64,000 nucleotides of DNA from Azolla caroliniana (taxonomy: Eukaryota; Plantae; Polypodiophyta): positions 5,456,001-5,520,000 of the forward strand of contig JBHGNT010000007.1 of the NCBI GenBank assembly GCA_043228905.1. Direction: 5' to 3'. Of the stretch, positions 13,001 to 25,639 are shown piece after piece. The notes under the pieces were generated by a model that ran no database searches, was not told the DNA's origin, and saw only the letters and a list, made by a program, of their open reading frames with translations. The position numbers and the translations under genes are program-made. Numbering within the stretch: position 1 is the first letter of the stretch; each line of letters begins with the position of its first letter.

Positions 13001-15425
13001 TTAGGGATGTATCCGGCTCTAGATAGGTGCGTAATGCCGGCCTTGCTGAGGTGTCCTAATCTTCTGTGCCATAGTGATGACACAGGAATATCCACCAAAA
13101 ACAGGTTACCCTCTCTGAGCGTAACATGTAACGGATACAATGAGTGTATCTTGGGTCCTCTAGCAAGCAGGAGGTTCCCCCTGTGGAGTGTCCACCCTCC
13201 CGAAGAAAAACCGGCACGAATGCCGTCTTCATCTAGTTGTCCGATTGAGATCAGTGGCCTTGAGAGCTCGGGTACATGTCGGACATTGTGAAGTACAAGT
13301 GTAGAGCCACCTGCAAGGTTGAGCTCTACTGTGCCGATTCCAATGATGTCACAGTGTTGCGAGTTGCCGACTCGAACTGAGTCGGAGTGACGGATCGTAT
13401 ATTGCCGAAATTGGGATCGATGAGGAGTCACGTGAAATGACGCGCCCGAATCTAAGAGCCATGTGCTCGATTCTTCAGTCGTGAGCAGAACTTCTGATCC
13501 GACTGGATTTTCGATTGATAGTATATTCGGGTCGTTTGGTAGCACATCAGCTGAGAAGCTGACGTAATTGACCTCCTCATGCCGGCCACTCTTCTTGTTG
13601 TTCTTGTTCTTGAGTGCGCGGCAGTCGGCTTTGATGTGTCCGGGTTTCTTGCAATAGTTGCAGATTCGGTTATCCCGTGACTGGCTCCGTCTTCGCTGAT
13701 TGTTCGGCTGCCGTGAGGAATCTCTTCCTCGTATGTTCGATCGGTCTGTCGAACCTTGTACTACATAAGCGTCGTCTGTTGAGTCTTTGGCGAAAGACTT
13801 TCTCCGAGCTGCTTCGGTCAAGATTGCGCTCGTGACTTCGGAGTATTTAACAACCGTGGTTGACGCGTTGCACACGGTTGTGACGAAAGTTTCCCATGAT
13901 GAGGGAAGGCTGCTCATGAGTATCATTGCTCTGAGTTCATCCTCGATTGCCGTCCCCTGAGATGAGATTTGGGAGCTTATGCTTTCGTACTCATTGAGAT
14001 GTGCTTGAACCGAATCTGATTCTTTCATCCGCAAGTTGTAGAGGCGCCGGATCAGAAACATCTTCGTTGCAGCGACCTTCTTTTCGTAGGTGTCTGACAG
14101 TGTTTTCCACAGTTCGAATGCTGTCGTACACGATTGCACCGTAAAGTATACCGATTCCGATAGGTGCATCCCAATCGTGGCGCGGACGATTCTGTCCAGC
14201 TTCTGCCACTCAATTGGTTTGTATCCTTCTGGAGGTTCTTCATTTTCGATGGGATCGATTTGCCCCTTGACTATGAGATAGTCCTACATTTGCTCCTTCC
14301 AGAAGTTGAAGTTCGATCCATCGAACTTTCGTAGACTCATTTCTAACGAGCCGGATGTTGATGCCATCAAATTTGGTTTCGGTTGACGAAGCTCGGTTCG
14401 GAGTTGACTACGAACCTTGTTGGAGTGCAGCCGGTTGGCTCAGCCGATATCGTTCTAGTCGGATTTGAACCCGAGTCGGTTCGGCTTCGGATATATGTAT
14501 TGTTGAACTTGCTCGAATTGACTCCGGTAACTTGAGGGACAGAACCGACTGGTCTTCCCGAATGTTGCCGAGTCGGAGTGAGCCCGGTTCGCTTCCGAAT
14601 ATATATGCCAAATACCGATTATTGAAACCGATTGTCTGGACCAATTCTGCTTCGGGTGACTGCAGCGACGAGAGAGACGGATCCAACTGATCCTCCCGAA
14701 TGTCGATCAGCCGGATGAAGCACGAATTGGGGTTGTTGTCTTGAGACCGATCTGCACCGAGTGGTTACAATGAGCGGCGAGCAGCGTTTGATGACCTCTT
14801 CGGATGCCGTTTAACCGAGTGGAGCACGATCGTGTCAATGTTGCACAAGGGGATTTCACCTCGAGCGGTTACGATCACAAGGAACAGAGTACAACTGGCT
14901 GGTTTACTCCGAGCGAAGATGATCTAACGCGATGAGATGCAAGCCTCGTTTTTCTTCTTCTTCTCTGTTTCTTCGAATGACGCAAGAAGCCGAATGCTTT
15001 GCAGACTAGGATGAAGCGAAAGGCCGAATACTGTGCAGGCTGTGATGAAGCGAAGAACCGAATGCTGTGCAGGCTGAGACGACGGCCGACAGCGGGTTGA
15101 GGGACCTCTGCTCTGATACCAAATGTTGAAGACAAGGCCGTCAATGCGGAAGATCAAGTAGCATTCGATTGGGGTTGAGTACCTGCGTATGACAGTTTCC
15201 AAGATCGTGCACAGAGATAGAGAGAGAGAGAGAGAGGAGGCACAAAAGACTCTTTCTATTCAATAGAAACAATAATACAACCAACCTTACAAAAAGGTTA
15301 CTAGGTCACTTTATATAGTGACAAACTTAGGGCAACTACCATTTATGCTAATTACACAAATGGCCCAAACTTGAGCTATACAAAGGGATAGTGTGAATAC
15401 GTCCATTATACACTTGTATTCGACA
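10078..15425 (-). mobile_element. Ty1/Copia element I, very recent
   Basis: 302-bp LTRs 10078-10379 and 15124-15425 look identical by eye. TSD ATATT, iMet PBS about 15110-15121, PPT at 10380. Confidence 0.96.
10417..14367 (-). pseudogene. Copia I gag-pol polyprotein with one gag stop and an RNase H C-terminal deletion
   Basis: CCHC knuckle, WLLDSGAS, integrase HHCC/DDE, YVDDML and RNase H. TAG at 14284-14286 where copy J has CAG. About 220 bp is deleted at 10453 relative to J. Confidence 0.93.
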
Positions 15426-18400
15426 ATATTGATCGGGGAACCGGAACGTTGGGACCAACGGTTTCGGGCGTGTCAGCCCGAGATCTTGGTCATTGGAGAA
15501 GCAAGCCCAGACGGGGCTTGCGCGATCAGTAAGAAGACGACCGTCGACCACGAAGAGTCGGTGGCTACGGACAAGGGCGTAAAACGGACAAGCGATTCTT
15601 TGTGTCTTCCCACACTTGCTCCCGAGACGATGGCAGTCGGCCCCAAGTGCCCACGTGAGCCCCAAGCGGAGGAAGCAGCGGCGAAAGGCCAAGAATCATC
15701 GGCGAGACGATACGGGGAAGGAGCGGACGAAAGCCCACGGACCCGATTCCGGAGTACTCGGCATTCGGGCCCGTATGCCCATGTAAGACCGAGGAGATGG
15801 ATAGCGGTACCGAGGAGTCCTGGCACGATGCCAGCGAAGATGGATGGGAGATGGACAGCGAAAGGGGTGACGAGGAGACCAGGGAACGACCTGATCGGGG
15901 ACCGAACCACGTGACGCTCCGGTACGGGTGGAGCGTGATCCGGTCGTGGATTGTTCGATAGGGGCCAGAATCGGCATGAAGGTGCCGATACAGGAGAGGG
16001 TGCGGGACGAGCCACCCTCTTTTACATGGGGAGAAAGACCGACCGGGCGAAGGTAGAGATTGGGAAAGAGAATGAAAGCCGGTCCTATGGGATTCCTTAC
16101 ACCGATCCGGCTGCAGGCCCGAGTGCCGGCGTGAGTCCTATAAGAGAGATCGGTGGCGACAGGAGAACGGGACTCGGCAACCCGGAGAAGGACGAACGGA
16201 CCCGGACGAGAACCGGGCGGAGTGGACTCCCGGACGACCATTCCGGGAGGGAGGAAGAGAGTAGGCTTACAAAGAGGCCGAGGACACGGTACGTCGGTAC
16301 CACGGGAGAGGGTGCGGAGTAAACCGCCCTCTCGGCATGCGGAAAAGGACGACCCGGGACAGGGTTGGGAAGACAAATCGGAGGCCTACGGAGGATCCTT
16401 CACACCGGTTCTAGAGACTTCGGCAGTCGGCAACGCGGTCGACGTAAGACCAAGATACTAACGGTGGCGGCGAGGTGACGAAGGCTATGGGCGTAAGGAA
16501 GTCCGGTCCTACGGGATCCCCACACTTAACCAGAGACTCCGGTGGTCGGTCAACGTGGCAACATGAGACCGAGGGAGAAGGTTGGTGGCGGCGGGAAACG
16601 GGACCCGACTATGTGGAAGACACAAGGAGAGTCCAGGAGGGACTCAAACAAAAGGCACCCGAATTTCGGCAAGCATAGAAACGGAGTCCGGTCCTATGGA
16701 ACCCTCACACCGATCCGGAGACTCTGGCAGTTCGGCCAACGTGGCAACGTGAGACCTAGGGAGAAGGACGGTGGCGGTAGGGAACGGGACCCGACGACAC
16801 GAGGTTTCGGAAGGAGCCGGTAGGGGCAAACACGGGGAGGTGTGTCGGGCCGGAAAGGCACACCTGGGACGGAATAAAAGTCTCGCAAGTGGCCATCGCG
16901 GGCCGGATCAAAGCGTGACTACGGAACAGTGTTCGGCACGGGCGGTGCCGAGCAAAGGAAGCGAAATATGGCACAAGAGAGGTGCCGGGAACGAGGTGAC
17001 AAGTGCCTAGTGGACTGCACAGGGTCGGAGTCAGGGGATGGCAAGAGAGGCCGGAGGAGGATCCTCCACACTCGATTCGTAGATCTCGATAGCTCCGTCG
17101 AAGTAGCGAAGACTGACACGGCAAGCCGGGATGACAAGCTGGTGGGGGCGAGGGGACAACGGCAAACGGAAGACTCAAGACCTATTGTAGCAACACGAAG
17201 ATGGGAAGGGCCAAGCGGGCTACTACGGGGTGTTCCTCGGATGCAAAGGACACCAGTATGCGGGGAGCGGCGATGCACGATCTGGCCGGAAAAGGGGCCG
17301 ACAAGGCGCGCAATGAACCGGAGTGCGATACAGGCAGTGCCAAACAACGGACGAGGGTATGTGGCACACGGAGGTACCGGAGCGGAAAGGCGAGCGTGGA
17401 GATAGGTTGCGCGGTTCGGAGGTAGCACGGAGAAGACCGAAAAGGGATCCTCCACACCGTTCCGGAGACCATGGCGGTTCGAGCTGACACGGCGATGTAA
17501 GACCATGGAGAAGGAAGGTGGCGGCGAGAGGACGAGGGCATACGACGGGAGCGGGGCGTTCATACGGCTGAACAAGGGCCAGCGGAAGGACGCATACTAC
17601 GGAGATCGCGGTAGAGGACCCATCGACGGGTCAAACGAGCCTACGGGGAAGTAAGCGCGAAGGAAGAATCGAAGCCGACGGATCAAACCGGCAGCGAGCC
17701 GGGATGCGGATCACGGAAGACCGGTTTCTCACCGGCCGAAATCTCTCACCCTTCAACCAGACTTGGCACATACCGGTGGATGTGCGGTTAGGTGGGGGCG
17801 GATGTTGTGAAGAATTTCGGCCAGAGGCGGAAACCGGGAAACATTGTCTACATCGGTAGGGTGCAGCGTGTGTACGCACCCATGTACATTTAGTGTGAAT
17901 ATCGAGGGCGCCTTTATGGCGCCGTAGAGTAGTCGAGTCGGGACAGACGGTCCCATGTAAGTCGGGGGTTTATCCCACATTGTAACGCATCCCTGTCCTT
18001 GTTCTATAAAAGGAAGGGAACGCCCTTTGTGAAAGGGGTTGCCCATTTTGCATTAGAGGGTATACCGTTAGGTTTAGAGTTAGGTTTCTTCTCCTTCTTC
18101 TCCCCCTTCGTGTTTTGCTTAGGGTTTGCTTTGGTTCGGCCTCCTGTGCAAGACCCCGCTCGGCGCGACGAGCTAAGAGCTCCCCGACGGCGGCTTGGCA
18201 GCAGACGACTACTGTAACCTACCTCAGTCCGGCTCGAAGCCGGGAATGTATTCTTCTTATATATATATATATATATATATATACATTTGCGTCTGTCTGT
18301 GTATATTGGCGTCTTTGTTGGTGTCGGGTGCCTCCCCTTTCCTGCGTTTCCTGTACATGAGGGCGTGAGCTATGTGTGTGTGCGTGTGTGTGCGTACGTG

Positions 18401-19802
18401 CGCGGGAGTCGGTGTCAAGCGCGCGCTCCCTCTCTTTCTCTCTCTCCCTTCGGTTGCTTCCAGCGTGCCTCTGGGATGCCCCGGAAACGGTGAAGTGCGA
18501 CTTCCTACGCTCCGTCACTCCCTAGTCCAAGACCCACGCGGTCCCGCCTTTCTCCATGCACGCGCGTAATAACGCGACAACGGGAGAAACAATTTCAAAC
18601 GCCTTTGTGAAAGGAGAGGTGCATGGGCAAGCCCAAACGCTCCCTTCCCACAAGTCGCACAAACACACAAGCAAGGTTTACCCACAGGAGACACAATTTC
18701 AAACGCCTTTGTGAAAGGAGAGGTGCATGGGCAAGCCCGAACGCTCCTGTGCCACAAGTCGCATGAACACACAAGCAAGGTTTACACACGGGAGACACAA
18801 TTTTCGAATGCCTTTGTGAAAGGAGAGGTGCATGGGCAAGCCTGAACGCTCACTTGCCACAAGTCGCACAAACACACAAGCAAGATTTACACTAACGCAC
18901 AAGGCATGTAAGTTTGAATGCCTTTGTGAAAGGAGAGGTGCATGGGCAAGCCCGAAACGCTTCCTTGTCACAAGACACACAAGCAAATAACCACAAACGA
19001 CGATAACATAACAGACATGTAGGTTTGAATGCCTTTGTAAAAGGAGAGGTGCATGGGCAAGCCCGAAATGCTCCCTTGTCACAAGACACACAAACAAATA
19101 AGCACAAATGACGATAACATATAAGACATGTAGGTTTGAATGCCTTTGTGAAAGGAGAGGTGCATGGGCAAGCCTGAAATGCTCCCTTGTCACAAGACAC
19201 AAACAAATAAGCACAAATGACGATAACAAATAAGCACAATCAAGATTTACACATAAAACAAGTAGATGAAATGAAACATTTGTTTATATCAATATAATAG
19301 ATTCTTTTATAATATAAGAATCATGTTACAATGGGTTGGATGCGAATATGAAGGATTATTTATAAATGAATGGGGGAAGAGAGTGGAGTATAGAAGGAGT
19401 TTCTTTGTTGATATTGCCTCTTGATGTTGTTGATCCTTCTTCTTCCACTTTCCAATTGAGTAGAGCTTCTGCATTCCTTCTCCCTCCCCCCCTTCTTCAC
19501 TAGAATAGGCTCTTATTTATAGGTTTAGGATTGCTTGCCTTTTTCCCCTAAAAACATCTTGTCTATATGAGTCCACTTTTCTTTTCCTCACTATTTCTGT
19601 TTTCTAGCCCCCAATTTCACATGCAAGATATTCTTGGAAAGCTCTTTGGGTTAGCTTTCTTATGCATCTTTTCTTTTCTAATTTGGACATCTAACGAGGA
19701 AATTATGAGCTTTTTTCTCTATTGTGCTCCTCATATCCACGAGTGTTTTTTTTTTTCCTCTCCAATTTTTTCTCTACTTTTGAAAACCGCCTCTAACTTA
19801 AT

Positions 19803-22800
19803 TGTAAAAGAATAGCGTGTGCGGAAGCGTATCTGAAACACAGAGTACACAGTTTGGTAAAACGCAGAAAACGCAGAGATGGAGATGGAGAGAGAGAGAG
19901 AGAGAGCAGACAACAAAAAACTCAAATTCAAAATAGTGACTCTTTGTGTGTACATTCTTCATGCTCAGTGAGCACCTTATATACAAGCCCTGACAATCGG
20001 GCTGACACAAGTACTGACAGTACTTGAATGCTCATAAATGAGCCGACTACACAAACTCCCAAACTTATTCCTTTACGAGGAATAACGCTCTAACAGCCTC
20101 TTCGGTTTTCACACCGATGCGGCCCTGTTGTGCGTACTTTTTCACGCACCCAGTCTATGCATTGGGTTACGTTGCGTACTTCGCACCGAATGTTGAGCTT
20201 GTCTCTCAACACTCCCCCTCAAGCTCAACTTGAGGTTCCACTTGCTCCGTCGGATCTACGCTCCGGTTCCTTCTGGCTTCATGCCTCGCTCGCACTCCTC
20301 AACCCGTTCGATTCCGCGCGCTTTGACCCTTTCGGTCGGCTTGTCTGCTCGTTCGGCCCTTCTCAGCTCCCTTGCTGTCGCGGTGTCGGCGCGACCTTCA
20401 TTGCCCTTTTCTCCGCATGGCCTTCAGTTGATTCGGCATATCCGAACCAACTCGGCTTCCTCCGATTGGTTTTCGCTCTTGTCCGAGTTGGCTCTCTCCA
20501 ACTCGTCTTCGGTCTTCTCGCCCTTGGTTGGCTTCGGCTCTTTCTTTCGACTGCTCCCCTTATGTCTGCTTTCGGAATCTTCCGCGGGTCCGGCCTCGGC
20601 TTCTTTAGCCTATCCGAAACCTAATTTGTCATCCGACTCGGCATCGCGGTCTTCCGGAACTTCTCTCCCCCTTCCGTGGTCATTCGGGATGTGTCTCCCC
20701 CTCAAGTTCGGCACATCGAGGTGACGCAACCCAAGCGCTCCCGAGAATTGCCGCAACTTGTCCAGACCAAGAGGCTTGGTGAAGTTGTCGGCAGTCTGCC
20801 GATCCGTCGGAACATACTAAAGTTTGACTTCACCGGAGAGGACACGCTCACGAACAAAACGGTAATGCACCTCAATGTGCTTGGTCCGGGCGTGGAAGAC
20901 GGGGTTCTTTGCTAGCTGGATGCTGTTGAGGTTGTTGCAGTAGATCGTCGTCGAATCAGACACCTCCACCTGCAGATCCTTAAGTAGTCGTTTTAGCCAA
21001 ATGACTTCGCACGTAGCGATAGTCGCCCCTCGATACTCGGCCTCCGTGCTTGACAGTGCTACTATCGGCTGCTTCTTATTGCTCCACGCAATCGCCACAC
21101 TTCCTAGAGAGAATGCGTATCCGGGTGTGGATCTACAATCGTGGGCGTTTCTGGCCCAATCGGCATCCGTGTAGCTGACTAACTGTACAGCTACGCCTGC
21201 CCGATAAAACAACGCCATGTCTTTCGTGTCGCTACATAATGTAGTATCCGTTGCGCGCACTAAAAGTGTTCGGCCATAGGCCGCAACATGAATTGACTGA
21301 TTAGGCCGACTGGATAACTAAGATCCGGCCGAGTAATCGTCAGATAGATAAGGCTTCCAACAATCTGTCGGAACCGTGTCGGGTCGCACGCCTTCCCCGA
21401 ATCTCGGCGAAACTTTGCGTTTCTATCCAGAGGGGTCGAGATGGGCTTACAGTTTGCCATCCCGAACTTGAAGAGCATATTCAGCGTGTAATGACACTGG
21501 TTGATCAATATGCCTTCAGGGGTATGGATCACTTCGATCCCGAGGAAGTAATGAAGGTCTCCAAGAACCTTCATTTCAAACGATGCCGCAAGCTGAGACT
21601 TCACGCGGCGGATTTCGTCAAGGTCGGCACCGGCGATGACAAAATCATCAACGTACAATAGCAGGCTGACTGGTCCATATTGATCTTGCCGAACAAATAT
21701 AGAGAAGAGTCTGATTTCGATGGCGCAAACCCCATCCTACGCAACTGTTGCGTAATCTTTGCGTTCCAAGCTCGCGGGGCTTGCTTTAGTCCATATAAGG
21801 ACTTCTTCAATTGGCAAACTGCCGAGGTGTTTTGTTCAGATAGAAATCTGGAGGGTTGTACCATGTACACCTGCTCCTCAAGCTCACCTTGGAGGAACGC
21901 ATTCTTTCCATCCATTTGATGTAAGTGTCACCCCTTCGCCACTGTTACGGCTAATAGGACTCGCACGGTAGTCATCTTCGCGACAGGCGCGAAGGTCTCG
22001 TCATAGTCCACGTCGTGCTTCTGTGCGTAGCCTGTCGCTACTAAACGGGCCTTGTAGAGGTTGATAGAGCCATCGGTGTTCTATTTCACCTTATACACCC
22101 ATCGACATTCGATCAGCTTCACATCCTTCGGTGCGTCAACTAGGTCCCATGTCTTGTTCTGTGTTAAACCGCGCATCTCTTCCTCCATCGCGGCACGCCA
22201 ATTTGTGTCTCTCGCCGCTTCTGTGTAGCTCTCCAGCTCACGCACTTCCGCCACTCACGTCATATACGCATAATGGTGCGCCATGTATTCATTATACCCA
22301 TACCTTTTTACGGGGTTCTTCTGGCGGGTAGATCGGCGTAAATCGTGATTACCCAATTTAACAACCTTGTTGGCCGATTTTGACCTCTTCCGTGGAGGTT
22401 TCTTTACGATTGGCTCGATGTCAGATTCGCTTCGAACTGACTCGGGGCTGGCGAAATCATACTCTGGCATTTTCTTCTTGCCCTTCTCCTTGCGTGTAAA
22501 CCGTCTCCTCGGTTCTTTACGCGGGGACATCACAACTGAGTCTCCATCTGGTTGGCCATCTTGGCCTAACCTTTCATTCGTCCTGCTAAAGCGAAATGAG
22601 ATCTGACTCTCTCTTAGAGCTCCAACGTCCTCATAATGCGGAGGCATTTCAGCCTCACTGGTCTCTTCTTCAGAAATCGGAATGGAGTGTTGAGGTACTG
22701 GAGGTGAAGGCAAGTACCACGAAGCGGATTCGTTGGACACGACATCTTGACTTACACGTACTTCCTTTGTTCGGGGTTTATAACATTTATACCCCTTCTG

Positions 22801-25447
22801 TTCGTCTGGATAGCCGACTAAGATGCACTTTTCGGCTTTGGCATCCAGCTTCCTCCTCTTTTCCTTCGGCACATGCACATATGCAATGCTACCGAAGATC
22901 CTCAAGTGTGCCAAGTTCGGCTTCTTCCTGAAATACAGCTCATGTGGCGACACTCCTCCATTAGCAGAAGTCTGATTATGTAGGTAGACAACCGTCTTCA
23001 TGGCTTCAGCCCAATAGAATTTTGGCATATGCTTCTCTTCAAGCATTGCCCTGGCCGCTTCTTCAATTGTCCAATTCTTCCGCTCGGCCACGTCGTTCTG
23101 TTGCGGCGTGTATCTACATGAGAATTCGCGTCGAATTCCCTCCTTCCGTAGATAACATGTGAACTGATCGGAGAAGTACTCCTTCCCGCCATCGGATCGT
23201 AGGCATTTGATCTACGTCCCGTTTCCCTTTCCGCAAGGCTCTTCACCTTTAGGAAACATGCAAAGACTTCGCTCTTCTTCTCAATCATGCATGCCCACGT
23301 ATACTGAGTGAAGTCATTGATGAAGGTTACAAAGTAATGGCCTCCACCGAGACTCACGTTTTGTGCCGGACCCCACACATCCGAATGGATCAAATCCAGC
23401 GGACTTCGACTACGATTATGCTCATTGGGGAATGGAAGTCGGTGTTGTTTTCCCATCTGACAGGCTTCGTAGACTTGGGCATTACAGCCCCGAAATTTTG
23501 GCAATCCGAACACGATGTTCTTCGTCTGCATTTCACGAAGCCGTGGGAAATTTACATGGCCGAACTGCTTGTGCCACAGGTCGATATCCGATTTGACCTT
23601 TTGTCCTTTTGCGTACAACGCAGTTCCGGCTTGATTAGTGTCGAGGATAAACATCCTCCCTTCACGGCGCCCTTGCGCGATCACTTTGCCTTCCTCTTCT
23701 ATGAAGCAGTCGAGGTGCGTGAATCGAACTTGCATACCTTGGTCGACAATCTGACCGATCGACACCAGGTTCTTGGTTATTGTCGGGACGTGCAACACGT
23801 TCATGAGTTTCCCTTTCTACCCGATGTAGCTGAGAGGAAGTTCGCCGACATGTTCGATGGTATGCGGAGTGTCGTCTCCCGTTTCAACCACTCCTTGTGA
23901 TTCCGGTTTCTCCAAATACGAGAACCATTCCTCGTGACTCGTCATATGATTTGACGTTCCAGAATCAAGATACCACACCTCGCTTGATTTCGAGGTGTTC
24001 ACAAAGGCTGGGCCCGATTTGTTTATGGCTCATTTAGAGCCTTCTGCGTAGTGTGATCTCTAATGTCTCTCTACGTCTCTTCGGCTCAATCCGGCTTTGT
24101 CCAAATCGGCTCGCTTTTTCCAGCACTCGCTCTCCTTGTGGCCTTTCTTGCCACAGTACTAGCATTCCGACGCGGTCTTCTCTTGCCAACTTCCGGCGCC
24201 GCCATGACTCCCCTTGCTTGTGAAGGGTCCGGAACTACTGTCGACATTTCGATTATGCCGCTTGTTCTACTCTTGTCGGCCGCCTCCATTGCCCGCTGAT
24301 CCGCCTTGTCCACCACGACCACGGGGCCTATCTTCCTCCGTGTACAACATCTTGTTGTCGGGGTGTGTACTCGTCGAAGCACCCGTGTGATTTTCCTCCA
24401 CGAGCAACATTGACTGAAGCTTGAAGAACGAAGGCGTATTCTCCCTCGTACAAACCGCCGTTTGGAAGGCTCCGAACCTAGACGCTAGCCCACCAAGACA
24501 AACCTGCACCATTTCATCCTCTTCGACGTTCATGTTGACGGAGGGGAGAGAGTCGCAGATTTCCTTGATTCGGGCCGTATAATCAGCCATAGAAAGATCT
24601 TTCTGTCGAACATTGCTGAGCTCCTGTCTGAGCTGCAGCTTCTTGGCCATTGTGCTTGCGGCGAAAAGCTTTTTGAGATTCGCCCACGCATCCTTTAGCG
24701 TCTTAGCATCCCGAATATAGCTCAATAGTTGGTCGCTCACACAGGATGCAAACCAGTAGAGAACTCTGCTTGATGCTTGTTCCCAAGCCGGAAAATCTCT
24801 ATGTGTTGAATCGGGTGCTACATCATTAGCTCCTTCGACATAACTCCAATAGACGTGACTGAGCACGTACTGGTGCATCTTGTACAACCAAGATGCGTAG
24901 TTGCTCCTGTCGAGCTTCCCATACCTCTGTCCATATTGTTCAACTCTGTTTTGTCGCAAGCTTTTCTTGTCGGATGTAGAGGACTTCAACCCTCGCGCTC
25001 TGATACCATGTAAAAGAATAGCGTGTGTGAAAGCGTATGCGAAACACAGAGTACACAGTTCAGAGGAATAAGACAGTTCAGTAAAACACAGAAAACGCTG
25101 AGATAGAGACGGAGATGGAGAGACAGAGAGAGAGAGAGAGAGCAGACAACAAAAAACTCAAATTCAAAATAGTGACTCTTTGTGTGTACATACTTCATGC
25201 TCAGTGAGCACCTTATATACAAGCCCTGACAATCGGGCTGACACAAGTACTGACAGTACTTGAATGCTCATAAATGAGCCGACTACACAAACTCCCAAAC
25301 TTATTCCTTTACGAGGAATAACGCTCTAACAGCCTCTTCGGTTTTCACACCGATGCGGCCCTGTTGTGCGTACTTTTTCATGCACCCAGTCTATGCACAG
25401 GGTTACGCTGCGTACTTCGTACCGAATGTTGAGCTTGTCTCTCAACA
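19803..25447 (-). mobile_element. Ty1/Copia element G, full length but degenerate
   Basis: LTRs 19803-20211 and 25009-25447, TSD TTAAT, iMet PBS 24997-25008, PPT 20212-20223. Confidence 0.95.
20760..24922 (-). pseudogene. Copia G gag-pol, frameshifted
   Basis: Fragments in Copia order: gag, WYLDSGTSNH, HSDVWGP, GLKQAPRAW, YVDDF, ALSSTEAEY, HARTKHIEVHY. Confidence 0.92.
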
Positions 25448-25639
25448 TTAATATTCATCATTATTTATTGTAAGGTTCAATCCTTTGACCATTTATTTAT
25501 AAGGAATTACCTTTGAAAAATGAAAAAGTATTTTTTCTACCAATAAAGTTGACTTCACAATACTAGTTTATTTGAACTACTATTTTACTTCTTTTCGAGG
25601 GTGGTTTCACACTATGTGTTAGAAACATCACGACATCGG

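Larger units (their letters stand above)
8363..18579 (+). mobile_element. Non-autonomous Gypsy-derived LTR element D (gag-only)
   Basis: LTRs 8363-9133 and 17803-18579, PBS TGGTGAACCCGACGTG at 9138-9153, PPT 17791-17802, TSD ACGG (8359-8362 and 18580-18583). No RT or integrase motifs inside. Confidence 0.92.
8030..19200. repeat. About 105-110-bp tandem repeat within H (about 9 copies, split by insertion D)
   Basis: Core GCCTTTGTGAAAGGAGAGGTGCATGGGCAAGCCCGAA near 8030, 8171, 8276, 18601, 18705, 18810, 18920, 19031 and 19142. Confidence 0.9.
7902..25635. mobile_element. Solo LTR H of the TGTCGTGA-ended Gypsy group (net about 1.9 kb), hosting D and G
   Basis: Starts TGTTGTGA, ends TCACGACA, 4-bp TSD TCGG (7898-7901 and 25636-25639). 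Copia B is continuous across it. No coding region of its own. Confidence 0.8.

Noticed and set aside
15431-17760. Many overlapping 100-220 aa ORFs in the D internal region (and 28850-30950 in E) as separate genes
   Set aside because: GC-rich, stop-poor sequence gives ORFs in all frames, and none has a recognisable domain.
18584-19200. CRISPR-like array of conserved repeats of about 37 bp
   Set aside because: The intervening sequences are homologous to each other, the array lies inside an LTR, and there are no cas genes.
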